A stretch of DNA of 64,000 bases from Thermoplasmata archaeon (GTDB lineage: Archaea; Thermoplasmatota; Thermoplasmata; UBA10834). The stretch is from the NCBI GenBank assembly GCA_014859835.1, contig JACZKW010000104.1:51608-115607 (forward strand), read 5' to 3'. Positions 1 through 10,958 of this stretch are shown piece by piece (position 1 is the first letter of the stretch; each line of letters opens with the position of its first letter). The notes below the pieces were generated by a model that ran no database searches, was not told the DNA's origin, and saw nothing but the letters and a program-made list of their open reading frames with translations. The position numbers and the translations under genes are program-made.

Positions 1-357
1 GTACCTGAGGTACACGGAGTACGCCTCACGGAGGGCGGGTGCTGTTGGTTGCATGGGATCGTCTCTATCACCAAGCAGAAGGAAGGTGATTCGGTCAACG
101 CCATAATGGCAGCCCTGGGTGCCCATCCATCGATGAAGATGGTCACGATAGTCGATGACGACATCGACATCTACAACGACCAAGAGGTCGAATGGGCGGT
201 GTCGACCAGGTTCCAAGGGCATAAAGGCCTGGTCATGATAGAGAATGCGAGAGGTAGCAGCCTCGACCCGAGTGCCGATGAGACCACGACTAAGATGGGG
301 ATCGACGCGACAAAGCCGATGGGGGTCGAAGGATTCGACCGTGTGAAACCAGAGTGA
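1..357 (+). CDS. UbiD-family decarboxylase, C-terminal fragment (5' end lies outside the window)
   Basis: The frame is open back to position 1. The C-terminal sequence ...[15 protein letters not shown]... is typical of UbiD-like (3-polyprenyl-4-hydroxybenzoate decarboxylase family) proteins. Confidence 0.55.
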   Translation, partial: VPEVHGVRLTEGGCCWLHGIVSITKQKEGDSVNAIMAALGAHPSMKMVTIVDDDIDIYNDQEVEWAVSTRFQGHKGLVMIENARGSSLDPSADETTTKMGIDATKPMGVEGFDRVKPE

Positions 358-379
358 CCATTTCGACGTCGAGTGAGCG

Positions 380-757
380 ATGATTCAGGCGCAAACCATT
401 AAATATAGTCCATACCTCACTTCTTACGAAGTGAACCAAATGGTCACCGTCACACCGAAAGCAATAGAGACGATAAAGGCAATCCTAGCCGAGGAGAAGA
501 AGAACGAGCCCATCAGGATTTTCTTTGGAGGGCAATCATGCTCTGGCCCGGCATACATGATGGGGTTCGACAAGCTCACTGAAAACGATGTCGAGATCAA
601 GGTAGATGGGTTCACGCTGATACACGAGAAGACGCTTGGAGAGAACCTCAAGGACGCTGTCGTTGATTCCGTCGAGACCCCACAGGGCCCTGGAGTCGTC
701 ATACGGGTGAAGTCCACCGGTGACTCCTGCAGCGGCGGATGCGCAGGATGTCACTAG
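380..757 (+). CDS. HesB/IscA-like Fe-S cluster insertion protein
   Basis: The motif GGQSCSGPAYMMGFD and the C-terminal CSGGCAGCH match the IscA/HesB pattern (GGGCSGFQY ... CGCGSSF). Confidence 0.55.
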   Translation: MIQAQTIKYSPYLTSYEVNQMVTVTPKAIETIKAILAEEKKNEPIRIFFGGQSCSGPAYMMGFDKLTENDVEIKVDGFTLIHEKTLGENLKDAVVDSVETPQGPGVVIRVKSTGDSCSGGCAGCH

Positions 758-812
758 TTTCGTGGTGCCTACGAGAAAACATTCATAGGCCCAGGCGCGT
801 TGTCAAGAGCTT

Positions 813-3143
813 GTGTTCCTAGAGCACAGGCTTATAAAACCATCCAGCGTGGAGCTTAGGGAGTACCAGGTCAATATCGCGAAGACGGCTCTCTCTGAGT
901 CCACCCTGGTCGTCCTTCCGACCGGACTTGGAAAGACTGTTGTTGCTCTAATCCTAGTGGCAGATAAACTGCTGGCAGGCGAGGGCAAGGTCCTGTTCAT
1001 GGCTCCGACGAAGCCTCTCGTCGAGCAGCATTCGAAGTTCTTGAGCAACTATCTCCTCGACATCGAACCCACTGTTTTCACCGGGGAGGTGCCCCCAGCT
1101 CGTAGGGGGGATCTTTGGCGAGATAGCAGACTGGTCGTCTCCACACCACAGGTGATCGAGAACGATCTTAACGAGGAAAGGATCTCGCTGCGTGATGTTT
1201 CGCTCATCGTCTTCGACGAGGCACACAGGGCTGTAGGAGATTATGCCTATGTGTCCATAGGAAAGAGGTTTGCGGAGACAGCTGGGCTCGCCTTGGGTTT
1301 GACCGCATCTCCCGGCTCAGACGTGTCCAAGATCGCCGAGGTCTGTGAGAACCTGGCAATGACCAATGTGGAGATACGTTCAGAACTCGATGAGGATGTG
1401 GCCAGCTATACACAGGTTGTCAAGACCGAGTTCATAGGCGTCGGGATGCCGGAGGATATGGGCAGGGTGATCTACCTACTCCAGAGGATAATGGACGAGC
1501 AGGTGGCGAAGCTATCGGCCCATGGTTATCTCGATCCGAAGAAGCCACCTACCACCAGGGATCTCCTGGAAGCTGGGAAGGTGATTCGCGCCAAGCTGAA
1601 CGTCGGGACCAAGAATTACCATCTGTTCCAGGATGCGAGCGCCCAGTCGCTGGCAATGAAGATGAACCATGGCATCGAACTGGCTCAGACGCAGGGAAAG
1701 GGGGCGTTGGAGAGCTATTTCTCGAAGCTAGTGAAGCAGGGGGAGGAGAAGGGAGGGCCCAAAGCATCCAGGGATCTGATAAAGGATGCGAGGTTCCAGC
1801 AGGCCAGAACCCACCTGCATAGCATGCAGAAGGACCACCCCAAGCTGGAGAAGATCGTCCCCATCCTGAGATCACAGTTCCGGAGCAGGCCGGATTCGAA
1901 AGCCATTGTTTTCACGCATTACAGGGATACATGTGAGCTCCTCACGCAGAAGCTCACCGATGTGGAGGGGGTTCGACCGGTCAGGTTCGTCGGTCAGGCT
2001 AGCAAGGGAGAGGATCATGGGCTCAACCAGAAAGAGCAGAAGGAGATAATCGAGGGGTTCCGTGCAGGGGTGCACAACGTCTTGGTAGCGACATCAATCG
2101 CGGAGGAAGGGTTGGACATACCAGCTACGGATCTGGTGGTATTCTATGAGCCCGTCCCATCGGAGATACGCACGATCCAACGAAGGGGCAGGACTGGGAG
2201 GAAGCAGGCTGGAAGAGTCATCATATTCGTCACCCGGGACACCAAGGATGAGGCATATCTCTGGTCCAGTCGTAGAAAGGAGATGCAGATGCGGAAGGAG
2301 CTCGATTCGCTCAGGAGAAAGCTCAGGCAAAGGAGGGGGCTTCCGGATACACCTTATGCCAGACCAGGACTCTCCAGAGAGACTCTGGAGAAGATGATGT
2401 CACCGGACCTTCCGTCTGGACGGGAGGAACTGGCGAGGAAGGTTGCTGACCAGAAGGGGCAGAAGTCACTTGCACAGTATGAGGGGACGCGGAGGCCACC
2501 ACTCGATATCGCAGTGTCGACCAGGATCAGGGAATCCGCGGTCGCCAAGGGGTTGGAAGATGCAGGATTCAATATATGCCACGATGCCACTGGTGGCGCC
2601 GATATTGTCATATCCGAAAGAGTCAGCCTGATCTTCAGAACGATTCGAGATTTCATAATCGGCCTGAATAGCGGCACGATCATCTCCGACCTAGACAGGT
2701 TGAGGGGGTCATCGCAGCATCCGATCCTGGTAGTCCAGGGGGAGCAGGAAGGAGAAGGCGACAGGAGACTCAACTCCGCAATCTATGATTTCCTAAATGG
2801 ACTCATTTCAAGGAACGGATTGACGGTGCTATCGACTGCGAGCCCACAGGAGACCGCATCCGCGATCAAAACCCTTTACGGTCAGGAGAAACCAGACCTT
2901 GCTCACACATCGAGATCCAAGCAGACCTCATTCGATTCGCCTGGAGGGCATATGTTCCTCGTCCAGGGTCTCCCGAACGTGTCGGCTACACTCTCGACGA
3001 GGCTGATGAAACGATTCGGTTCACCCGATGCGGTATCTAGGGCTAGCGTCGAGGAGCTCATGAAGGTCGATGGAATAGCAAAGATTATTGCAGAAGGCAT
3101 CCATAATAGTCTCCGGAAGATGGTTGGCGAGGAGTTGGACTGA
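813..3143 (+). CDS. hef: Hef helicase/nuclease (archaeal FANCM/XPF-type: SF2 helicase plus ERCC4 nuclease plus HhH)
   Basis: Walker A LPTGLGKT, DEAH box (FDEAHRAV) and helicase C motifs are followed by a C-terminal ERCC4-like nuclease and an HhH tail. The 776-aa length is typical of euryarchaeal Hef. Confidence 0.85.
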   Translation: MFLEHRLIKPSSVELREYQVNIAKTALSESTLVVLPTGLGKTVVALILVADKLLAGEGKVLFMAPTKPLVEQHSKFLSNYLLDIEPTVFTGEVPPARRGDLWRDSRLVVSTPQVIENDLNEERISLRDVSLIVFDEAHRAVGDYAYVSIGKRFAETAGLALGLTASPGSDVSKIAEVCENLAMTNVEIRSELDEDVASYTQVVKTEFIGVGMPEDMGRVIYLLQRIMDEQVAKLSAHGYLDPKKPPTTRDLLEAGKVIRAKLNVGTKNYHLFQDASAQSLAMKMNHGIELAQTQGKGALESYFSKLVKQGEEKGGPKASRDLIKDARFQQARTHLHSMQKDHPKLEKIVPILRSQFRSRPDSKAIVFTHYRDTCELLTQKLTDVEGVRPVRFVGQASKGEDHGLNQKEQKEIIEGFRAGVHNVLVATSIAEEGLDIPATDLVVFYEPVPSEIRTIQRRGRTGRKQAGRVIIFVTRDTKDEAYLWSSRRKEMQMRKELDSLRRKLRQRRGLPDTPYARPGLSRETLEKMMSPDLPSGREELARKVADQKGQKSLAQYEGTRRPPLDIAVSTRIRESAVAKGLEDAGFNICHDATGGADIVISERVSLIFRTIRDFIIGLNSGTIISDLDRLRGSSQHPILVVQGEQEGEGDRRLNSAIYDFLNGLISRNGLTVLSTASPQETASAIKTLYGQEKPDLAHTSRSKQTSFDSPGGHMFLVQGLPNVSATLSTRLMKRFGSPDAVSRASVEELMKVDGIAKIIAEGIHNSLRKMVGEELD

Positions 3144-3144
3144 T

Positions 3145-3402
3145 ATGGCAACCAACGAGTGCCCGAGGTGCAACAGCCCCTGCATCATCAAGATCGTTGC
3201 GGAATCCAGCGAAGAATGGTGCGAGGTAGATGTCTGCAAGATGTGCGGAAGCATGTATCCAAGAAAGAAGAATGCCAAATCCGCACAGACGAAGGGCGTG
3301 ACCGCCAAGAAGAAGGCGAAAAAGTCCTCCAGGGCTAGCTCCAAGAGTCCGAAAAAGGCGGCAGCCAGGAAGAAGACGGCAAAGGGCAGAAAACCCAGGT
3401 GA
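3145..3402 (+). CDS. small zinc-ribbon protein with a Lys/Ala-rich basic tail
   Basis: The protein has CPRC...C...CKMC spacing followed by a ~45-aa KKKAKKSSRASSKSPKKAAARKKTAKGRK tail. The tail is reminiscent of histone H1 or nucleic-acid-binding tails. The likely ATG lies about 57 nt inside the tabulated ORF. Confidence 0.45.
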   Translation: MATNECPRCNSPCIIKIVAESSEEWCEVDVCKMCGSMYPRKKNAKSAQTKGVTAKKKAKKSSRASSKSPKKAAARKKTAKGRKPR

Positions 3403-3478
3403 TTTCTGAGCCAGCATGCCCGTTGCGCAAGCAGCAACGTTTATGAACCCACTGTCCATACGAGGGAATTCGAGGATC

Positions 3479-3754
3479 ATGGAATTCAAGTTGATAGAGA
3501 AGAAGAAGGATAGCATCAGAGTGGAGATACTCGATGCCGACGAGACCCTCATAAACCCGCTGTTGCACGAACTGTTGCAGGACAAGAATGTCCAGAACGC
3601 AAGATACACAACAGGTCACCCACAGCTGGACAAGCCAGTGCTGACCGTCATTGTCAAGGATGGAAAGCCCCAGGCCGCGCTCAAGAAGGCCGCCAAGGCT
3701 CTGGCCAACCAGTACCTCGAGACAAGGCAACTTGTCGAGAAGCAGCTGGGTTGA
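3479..3754 (+). CDS. rpoL: DNA-directed RNA polymerase subunit L (Rpo11)
   Basis: The sequence MEFKLIEKKKDSIRVEILDADETLINPL... matches RpoL/Rpb11 family proteins and the size is about 90 aa. The internal Met at 3479 is the likely start. Confidence 0.75.
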   Translation: MEFKLIEKKKDSIRVEILDADETLINPLLHELLQDKNVQNARYTTGHPQLDKPVLTVIVKDGKPQAALKKAAKALANQYLETRQLVEKQLG

Positions 3755-3798
3755 GCCGTACCGAAGCTTTTACATCCGGATGTCATTCTGAAGATCAC

Positions 3799-5079
3799 AT
3801 GAGAGAAAGCGAGCTGGGGCTAGAGGCGTTCCTCACTGAGGACCTGCCAGGCATCGGAGGCAGACTCAGGAATACTCCAGACGATTTCAAAGTCGATGAG
3901 ATCTCCATAAAGCCTCCTGAAGACCCCGAGGGTCGTTTCGTGATTGCGCAGGTTTGGCACAGGAACTGGGAGGCGAACCGACTCGTCAGAAGATTGGCAT
4001 CGAACCTCCATCTTGGAAGGAATCGTGTGGGGTTCGCAGGGACGAAGGATGGCAGGTCCGTAGCAACCCAGTTGATGTCTTTCAATGCGCCCCTGGAGGA
4101 TGTGCAGGCCCTCACAATACCCGAGGTCGAGATAAGGGACGTGTACCGGGCCAAACGGATGATCTCGATAGGCGACCTCATAGGCAACAAGTTCGAGATC
4201 AGGGTATCGGAGCAGAACCCCGCGGTCGATGTGCGGCGTATCTGCAAAGCGGTCGCCGACAGAGTCGAAGCCATCGGGGGATTCCCGAACTTCTTCGGCA
4301 TCCAGAGGTTCGGATCGGTGAGACCTATAACGCACCTCGTCGGCAAGGACCTCACCAAAGGGGACATAGAAGGAGCGGTCATGCGCTATGTCGCGAACCC
4401 GTTGGACGAGGATTCTGAGATCAATGATGCCCGCAGAGCACTCCAAGAGACTCGGGATTTCGAACGGGCACTCGCCGAGTTTCCCATGAAACTCACATTC
4501 GAGAGGATGATGATCGGACACATCAAGGAGCATCCAGGTGATTTCCTAGGAGCTCTGAGGAGACTACCCAGCAACCTCCTGATGATGTTCGTTCACGCAT
4601 ACCAATCATTTCTGTTCAACGAGGTCCTGAGCGAGAGGATGAGGAGGGGCATCGCGATCGATGAACCCGTGGTCGGGGACCTGGTGCTGCCCCTCGACAA
4701 GAACGGGCTGCCGGACCATGACAACCCGATTCCCGTCACTGAGGACAACCTGGAGAAGGTGCGGAGGAACGCGAGGGAGAAGAAGGCGTTCGTGAGTGGG
4801 CTATTATACGGGACCGATTCCAGCTTCGCGGAGGGGGAGATTGGCGAGATCGAGAGGAAGGTCATAGAGGATGAAGGGGTCTCACGGATGGATTTCCAGA
4901 TTGTGGGCCTGCGTGAAGCTTCATCCAAGGGGATTAGGCGAGAGTTGTTGGCGCTATGTAAGGACCTAGAGATCGAACACTTCGATGACTCGACAGTGTT
5001 CAAGTTCGCGCTGAACAAAGGATGCTACGCAACATGCCTGATGCGCGAATTCATGAAGACTGATATCTCCAAATACTGA
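3799..5079 (+). CDS. truD: tRNA pseudouridine(13) synthase TruD
   Basis: The GTKDxxAxTxQ motif (GFAGTKDGRSVATQ) and the TruD/Pus7 fold signature are present, and the size of about 430 aa fits. Confidence 0.75.
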   Translation: MRESELGLEAFLTEDLPGIGGRLRNTPDDFKVDEISIKPPEDPEGRFVIAQVWHRNWEANRLVRRLASNLHLGRNRVGFAGTKDGRSVATQLMSFNAPLEDVQALTIPEVEIRDVYRAKRMISIGDLIGNKFEIRVSEQNPAVDVRRICKAVADRVEAIGGFPNFFGIQRFGSVRPITHLVGKDLTKGDIEGAVMRYVANPLDEDSEINDARRALQETRDFERALAEFPMKLTFERMMIGHIKEHPGDFLGALRRLPSNLLMMFVHAYQSFLFNEVLSERMRRGIAIDEPVVGDLVLPLDKNGLPDHDNPIPVTEDNLEKVRRNAREKKAFVSGLLYGTDSSFAEGEIGEIERKVIEDEGVSRMDFQIVGLREASSKGIRRELLALCKDLEIEHFDDSTVFKFALNKGCYATCLMREFMKTDISKY

Positions 5080-5132
5080 CAATGCTCACCCAACGGACCG
5101 AAGCCATTTTGTAGAGGGCATAGCGCTCATAG

Positions 5133-5330
5133 GTGTCGAGTGATTCTGTCGTGGCGAGGAACGATAAAAAGAAGAAGATGCGCAAGGTACTGACATGCCC
5201 ACAGTGCGGCTCAGCAGACCTATACTACGAAGCTGCCCTGATCACCGGGTACAAGTACCACTGCAAGAAGTGCAACTACATAGGCGCCTTCGTCGTCGAG
5301 AAAGAAATCGAAGAGAATGGGTTTGATTGA
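5133..5330 (+). CDS. small zinc-ribbon protein (hypothetical)
   Basis: There are two CxxC pairs (CPQCGS...CKKCNY). The ORF sits in its own intergenic slot between TruD and PAN. Confidence 0.35.
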   Translation: MSSDSVVARNDKKKKMRKVLTCPQCGSADLYYEAALITGYKYHCKKCNYIGAFVVEKEIEENGFD

Positions 5331-5369
5331 TGCCGCAAGCAGGGCCTCGGAGGATATCCGATCCGGCCC

Positions 5370-6593
5370 TCAGGCGAACATCGGGCCGGATTCCATCGCC
5401 TTCTGGTCATCCTCGTCGAGCACCTTGTTGATGGCCTTCTCGAAATCGACCATGGAGACAATGTCACGGCTCTCTCTTATGGCGAACATCCCGGCCTCTG
5501 TGCAGACGGCTTTGATGTCGGCACCTGTCGCACCATCAGACTTGGATGCCATCTCCTCGAGGTTGACCGACTCGTCGAGGTTCATACGTCGGCTGTGTAT
5601 CTTGAATATCGCGGCTCTCGCCTCGTAGTTCGGAATCGGTATCTCGATGATCCTGTCGAACCTTCCGGGTCTCAGCAAGGCCTCGTCAAGTATATCGGGG
5701 CGGTTGGTGGCACCTATGATCTTGACCTCACCCAATGGGTTGAAACCGTCGAGTTCGGCCAGAATCTGCATGAGTGTGCGTTGGACCTCGCGATCGCCGG
5801 AGGTTGCGAGCTCAAGCCTCTTAGCGCCCACGCTGTCCAGCTCATCTATGAACACGATGGACGGGGCCTTCTGCCTGGCGAGATCGAATAGTTCCCTCAC
5901 CAGTCTGGCACCCTCTCCGATGTATTTCTGCACCAACTCCGATCCGACGAACCGGATGAATGTGGCATTGGTCTGCTTCGCGACGGCCTTCGCCAGGAGC
6001 GTCTTACCAGTGCCCGGTGGACCGACTAGAAGCACGCCCTTCGGCGGGTCTATACCCACTTTCTTGTAAAGCTCCGGTCTGAGAAGTGGGTCTTCCACGG
6101 CTTCCCGTATCTCTATGATCTGGTCCTGCAAGCCTCCGATATCCTCGTAGACCGTATCCGGCTTCGCTATTATCTCGGCGCCGACTACGATGGGGTCCAA
6201 GGATGGGGGCAGAACGCCCATTACCGCAAGCGTCTGCTTGTTCAGAGCGACTCTGGCACCAGCTATCAACAAGTCGGATGATACGTAATCTGATGTGCTC
6301 ACAACGAAGTCTGGTCCGGTCGAACTCTTGACGACTACCCGGCCGTCAGCGAGTATGTCCTTGATCTGACCTATTATGAGTGGTGGGGTCTTCAATCGCT
6401 CAAGCTCGGCTTTGAGTCTCTTGAGTTCCTTCTGAAGGCGAATGAGCTCACCTTCAACGAACCTCTTCTCGCCTTCGCTTCTGCGAGCTTCCTCTACGAG
6501 TTCGAGGTTACGCTCCTCAAGGACCGCAATTCTCCTTTGTATTCCTTCAAACATCTCAGCGGATTGGTCCTGTTCCAATATGATGCACCCCAT
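5370..6593 (-). CDS. pan: proteasome-activating nucleotidase PAN (AAA+ ATPase)
   Basis: An N-terminal coiled coil and OB domain are followed by an AAA+ module ([19 protein letters not shown]-like box IVFIDELD, arginine finger). Confidence 0.9.
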   Translation of the reverse strand: MGCIILEQDQSAEMFEGIQRRIAVLEERNLELVEEARRSEGEKRFVEGELIRLQKELKRLKAELERLKTPPLIIGQIKDILADGRVVVKSSTGPDFVVSTSDYVSSDLLIAGARVALNKQTLAVMGVLPPSLDPIVVGAEIIAKPDTVYEDIGGLQDQIIEIREAVEDPLLRPELYKKVGIDPPKGVLLVGPPGTGKTLLAKAVAKQTNATFIRFVGSELVQKYIGEGARLVRELFDLARQKAPSIVFIDELDSVGAKRLELATSGDREVQRTLMQILAELDGFNPLGEVKIIGATNRPDILDEALLRPGRFDRIIEIPIPNYEARAAIFKIHSRRMNLDESVNLEEMASKSDGATGADIKAVCTEAGMFAIRESRDIVSMVDFEKAINKVLDEDDQKAMESGPMFA

Positions 6594-6679
6594 TTTTCAT
6601 GTCAAATCCGAGCTGGCAACGATATAAGGTTAAATACGCTATTTAGCCTTTGCTGGTTCACGCAAGAGGCTTGGTTTTC

Positions 6680-7168
6680 ATGATTTGTGAGATGTGCGGG
6701 AAGAACGTCACCTTCTGCAAGAAGGTGACCATCGAAGGCGTGCATCTTGAAGTTTGTACCGAATGTGCAAAATTCGGCACGGAAGCACGAAAAGAGAAGG
6801 GCAAAGAGGTCGCGGGACCGAAACCGGTGATAACGCAGCGATTGGAGTCCCGGGAGAAGAGATCTCGACCGCGAGATATTTACGAAGGCGTGGAGAAGGA
6901 TCTCGTCGACGATTATACGGAACGCATCCGCGATGGTAGACAGGGCAAGGGACTGTCCCAGAAGGATCTGGCTGCACGCCTGAACGAACGAGTGACTATC
7001 ATCAGCAAGATCGAGACCGGTGACATGAGACCTGACGAGAAGCTCATCGTCAAGCTTCAGAAGGAGCTAGGCATAGTCCTCAAGGAGAAGGTCTCGACCG
7101 TGGTGGCGGCCAAGGAATCGGGTCCGAAGACCCTCACCCTGGCCGATCTGATAAAGATGCAGAAATGA
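6680..7168 (+). CDS. archaeal MBF1-like transcription factor (zinc ribbon plus HTH-XRE)
   Basis: An N-terminal C4 zinc ribbon (CEMCGK...CTEC) is followed by a C-terminal cro/C1-type HTH (GLSQKDLAARLNERVTIISKIETG). Confidence 0.75.
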   Translation: MICEMCGKNVTFCKKVTIEGVHLEVCTECAKFGTEARKEKGKEVAGPKPVITQRLESREKRSRPRDIYEGVEKDLVDDYTERIRDGRQGKGLSQKDLAARLNERVTIISKIETGDMRPDEKLIVKLQKELGIVLKEKVSTVVAAKESGPKTLTLADLIKMQK

Positions 7169-7175
7169 TACGCCC

Positions 7176-7664
7176 TCATTCTGCGGAGGCATCCCTGCTC
7201 ATGACCGCGGACATGGCTCTGTCCAGGTGAGACTTGTCGACCTGCAGTCCATACGATGATGCTACGAGCAATGCGGCGGGCTCGATATCGATACCAAGCA
7301 GCTCCTGCTTCTTGTTGACCTTGGACACGACCTCTCTCTTAGGCACGGATTTCGTTCTCACGATACTCTCCACTATCTCGGAGAATAGATCCTGGGAACG
7401 CTTCGCACCCATCGTTATGACGTCTGAGCTCGGTTTGAAATCAAGGGGCACCTCGGCAGATGTCCAATCAAAGGTCGGCATCAGGCTGCCGTTCTTCTTC
7501 TCCAAGAATCCATCCGAGAGCCCTGCATCCATCAGTTTCTGGGCATCCTTCGGAGAGAACCATCTCATATCCATCGATGCCGAGAACACAAACTCGCGCT
7601 CCGACAAAACATCCTTACCCTTGCGCTTGTAAAGGACCGCGATACTCTTCTGCAAATCATTCAT
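7176..7664 (-). CDS. conserved archaeal hypothetical protein
   Basis: It is a clean ORF in its own slot with no recognisable catalytic motif. Confidence 0.45.
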   Translation of the reverse strand: MNDLQKSIAVLYKRKGKDVLSEREFVFSASMDMRWFSPKDAQKLMDAGLSDGFLEKKNGSLMPTFDWTSAEVPLDFKPSSDVITMGAKRSQDLFSEIVESIVRTKSVPKREVVSKVNKKQELLGIDIEPAALLVASSYGLQVDKSHLDRAMSAVMSRDASAE

Positions 7665-8262
7665 TCGTTACCATGCTCCCGAAATCCTCTGTTACGATGT
7701 AGTCGACCTCAAGACGTTCCAGTGCCGGTTGGTCGGTCATCGTCGCGAAGACTCCAAGGGTGAATCCGAGCTCCCTCTTGGCCTTAGATGCATCTTCGGC
7801 CAGTTCCCACGGGACGAGTACGTTGGATATCCCTATCTCCAACACGTCCCGAGAAAGGTCGAAGATGGCCCTGCCAGCGATTGAGGGGTCAAAACTCACG
7901 ATCCCATCCCGGTAGTCTGCTTTGAAGGTAATGTTCTCGGACAACTTAAATGCTATCCCAAGCTCTTCGAGGCTGACGAGTGTTGCGGTGCCGACGACGG
8001 CGTTCTCCGCGCCCGTTATGAGCAGGTCTATGACGTTCTGACCGAACCTGAGCCCACCCTCATACATCGTGGGTATTCCTTCACATATCTCGCGCGCGAC
8101 GTCGAGCTGAGGCTTGTTCTTTGTGATTCCGTCAACATCAGACAGGTACAACATGTCGAATTTATCGGAAAGCTGCGCGACGATATCTTCTGTCGACCCT
8201 TTCGGGTACGCGCGTCTCAGAAGGCTCCGACCATCCAATGTCATGCTCGGAATGATTCTCAT
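7657..8262 (-). CDS. HisA/HisF-family (beta/alpha)8-barrel protein
   Basis: It carries MRIIPSMTLDGRS..., YLSDVDG and GGLRF...ITGAENAVVGTA motifs that parallel the HisA/HisF phosphate-binding signatures. The internal Met is the likely start. Confidence 0.5.
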   Translation of the reverse strand: MRIIPSMTLDGRSLLRRAYPKGSTEDIVAQLSDKFDMLYLSDVDGITKNKPQLDVAREICEGIPTMYEGGLRFGQNVIDLLITGAENAVVGTATLVSLEELGIAFKLSENITFKADYRDGIVSFDPSIAGRAIFDLSRDVLEIGISNVLVPWELAEDASKAKRELGFTLGVFATMTDQPALERLEVDYIVTEDFGSMVTNE

Positions 8263-8525
8263 GAACAAGGAGCCGCAGAAGGTCTCCACATAGATAAACG
8301 TGACCGCATCGAATGGATTTGACATGATTCATACCAGATAACCGGGATAGAGATATGATGCAAAACCGATGCCCTCGAGCCAAGTAATAGACCCTTTGAA
8401 ATCGGCTTCCTCGTAATCGATGACAATGATTAGACCATATCTTGAGACCACGATGAAAATAATGGGATCGCAGGAACTGGATGATTCGAACTCATTCTAA
8501 CCACCGAATACAGAAGTAGCAACGG

Positions 8526-8533
8526 TTATATAG
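8526..8533 (+). promoter_or_regulatory. putative archaeal TATA box upstream of the thermosome gene
   Basis: The sequence ttatatag sits about 80 nt upstream of the thermosome ATG, within a 285-bp intergenic region. Confidence 0.3.
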
Positions 8534-8610
8534 AAGCACTAACATATACGAACTCCTAACCCCGCGATAGGGGGGAGGAACTGGTCAATCCAGATTGATT
8601 AAGCGGAGGT

Positions 8611-10251
8611 ATGAAATTGATAGGCCAAACACCCATTTTCATATTGAAAGAAGGAACCAAGAGAGAGAAAGGAAAAGGCGCGCAGTTCAACAACATTTCT
8701 GCAGCCAGAGCAATCGCCGATACAGTCAGGAGCACATTGGGCCCGAGGGGCATGGACAAGATGCTCGTTGACAGCATGGGTGATGTGGTAATAACGAACG
8801 ATGGAGTGACTATCCTCAAGGAGATAGACATCGAGCACCCCGCGGCCAAGATGATCGTCGAGGTCGCCAAGACACAGGACGAGGAATGCGGGGACGGAAC
8901 CACGACCGCAGTCATCCTTGCCGGTGAACTCCTGAAGAAGGCTGAGGCACTCATTGAACAGAACATACACCCAACGGTCATATCCGGCGGGTACAGACTC
9001 GCGGCGCTGAAGGCGAGAGAGTTCCTTGATGAGATATCCATCAAGGTGGATTCCAAGGACAGGGACGTGCTCATCGACATCGCAAAGACAGCAATGATAT
9101 CCAAGAGCGTCGCCGGATCCAGGGAATTGCTGGCAAAGGTAGCATTCGATGCGGTCTCAGCTGTCGCTGAGAAGAACAGCGAGGGAGCATGGACGGTCGA
9201 TGAGGACGACATCCAAATCGTGAAGAAGCAGGGTGGCTCCACGGATGACACCACAATGATCGCAGGAATCATCGTCGACAAGGAAGCAGTTCACCCAGCG
9301 ATGCCGAAGAAGGTCGAGAAGGCGAAGATCGCGCTCGTCGATTCGGCGCTCGAAGTCAAGAAGACCGAGATAGACGCGAAGATCGAGATAACCGACCCGA
9401 GCCAGCTGCATGCGTTCCTCGATGAAGAGGAGAACATGCTAAAGAAGATGGTCGAGACCGTCAAGAAGTCCGGCGCGAACGTGCTGTTCTGCCAGAAGGG
9501 CATCGACGATCTCGCACAGCATTACCTGTCGAAGGCCGGAGTATACGCGGTCCGCAGGGTCAAGAAGAGCGATATGGAAAAGCTCGCCAAGGCCACAGGC
9601 GCGAACCTCGTGACCAAGCTCGACGACCTGAAGGCAGATGACCTCGGTGTCGCCAATATGGTCGAAGAGAAGAAGATCGCTGATGACAAGATGACCTTCG
9701 TCACCGGATGCAAGAACCCGAAGGCCGTATCGGTATTGATCAGGGGCGGCACGGAACACGTGATCGATGAGGTCGACAGGTCCCTGAACGATGCGATAAG
9801 CGTCGTATCGGTAGCATTCGAGGATGGAAAACTCGTTACTGGCGGAGGTTCCGCAGCAGCCGAGCTGGCGCTCAGGTTGAGAGACTTCGCGGCTACCGTT
9901 GGTGGCAGGGAACAGATCGCAATCGATGCTTTCGCTAGCGCTCTGGAAGTCATTCCGACAGCACTTGCGGAGAACGCTGGTCTCGACCCGATCGATGTAC
10001 TGATCGAGCTCAGACAGGCGCACAAGGCTGGGAAGAAGAATGCCGGCATCAACGTCTTCACGGGAAAGATCACAGACATGAAGAAGGAGAAGGTGCTTGA
10101 ACCGATTCGCGTCGGAAGACAGGCGATCAGCTCCGCGACAGACGCTGCCGTCATGATCCTGAGGATTGATGACGTCATAGCATCCAGGGGCGGTCCGAAG
10201 GGACCACCTGGCGCAGGCGGTCCTGGCGGAGACATGGGTGACTTCGAATAG
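8611..10251 (+). CDS. ths: thermosome subunit (group II chaperonin)
   Basis: It has [18 protein letters not shown] and GDGTTT motifs, is 546 aa long, and ends in a C-terminal [10 protein letters not shown] tail. Confidence 0.95.
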   Translation: MKLIGQTPIFILKEGTKREKGKGAQFNNISAARAIADTVRSTLGPRGMDKMLVDSMGDVVITNDGVTILKEIDIEHPAAKMIVEVAKTQDEECGDGTTTAVILAGELLKKAEALIEQNIHPTVISGGYRLAALKAREFLDEISIKVDSKDRDVLIDIAKTAMISKSVAGSRELLAKVAFDAVSAVAEKNSEGAWTVDEDDIQIVKKQGGSTDDTTMIAGIIVDKEAVHPAMPKKVEKAKIALVDSALEVKKTEIDAKIEITDPSQLHAFLDEEENMLKKMVETVKKSGANVLFCQKGIDDLAQHYLSKAGVYAVRRVKKSDMEKLAKATGANLVTKLDDLKADDLGVANMVEEKKIADDKMTFVTGCKNPKAVSVLIRGGTEHVIDEVDRSLNDAISVVSVAFEDGKLVTGGGSAAAELALRLRDFAATVGGREQIAIDAFASALEVIPTALAENAGLDPIDVLIELRQAHKAGKKNAGINVFTGKITDMKKEKVLEPIRVGRQAISSATDAAVMILRIDDVIASRGGPKGPPGAGGPGGDMGDFE

Positions 10252-10309
10252 ACGAAGACCTAAACCCCTTAAACCCATTACTTTCGTGAAAGGGTCATGA
10301 GGCCCTGGA

Positions 10310-10930
10310 TTGCACTGGAGGCAATCAGTGATGGCTAACGATGAGACAAATGATACTGAGCACGCCGGCTCGAAGGAAGGGTGTGGTTCCGATGAGAAAG
10401 CCCCTCGGATACAGGACCCAGTATCAGAGTTGGACGGAAGGATAGAGGACTTGACCGATACTCTTTTGCGTCTCCAGGCAGATTTCGACAACTATAAGAA
10501 GCGCGTCGCGAAGGAATGGAATGAAAGGGCAAAGACCGCAACTGAGGGGCTGGTGCGCGACCTGCTCCCTGTACTGGACACCTTTGACAAGGCCTTCGAG
10601 GATACGCAAAAGACCGATGATGCAGATCATGACAGGAAAGGGCTCGAAGGAATCCATAGACAACTCCTGCAAATCATCCAGAGGCAAGGTTTGAGAGAGA
10701 TAAGAACCGATTGCGGGTTCGATCCGTTCGAGCATGAGGCACTGATGCGAGCAGAATCCGAGGATGCAGATGACGGAAAGATACTCGAGGTGTACCAGAA
10801 AGGCTACAGCCTTGGAGGGAAGGTCATCAGACCGGCCAAAGTGAAAGTAGCCAAGAGGACCGAACTGGTCGAAATCACCGAACCGGACGATGACAATCAC
10901 GATAATCCAGATGACGAGAAATCAGAATAG
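10310..10930 (+). CDS. grpE: nucleotide exchange factor GrpE
   Basis: It carries LQADFDNYKKR and a GrpE C-terminal beta domain. It lies immediately upstream of dnaK. Confidence 0.85.
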   Translation: MHWRQSVMANDETNDTEHAGSKEGCGSDEKAPRIQDPVSELDGRIEDLTDTLLRLQADFDNYKKRVAKEWNERAKTATEGLVRDLLPVLDTFDKAFEDTQKTDDADHDRKGLEGIHRQLLQIIQRQGLREIRTDCGFDPFEHEALMRAESEDADDGKILEVYQKGYSLGGKVIRPAKVKVAKRTELVEITEPDDDNHDNPDDEKSE

Positions 10931-10958
10931 AACAGAAGAAATGAGAGGTGAGTGAAGA

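Noticed and set aside
3954-4418. 154-aa Arg/Gly-rich ORF inside truD (alternative frame)
   Set aside because: It is an embedded out-of-frame ORF within a well-supported TruD gene, with low-complexity composition.
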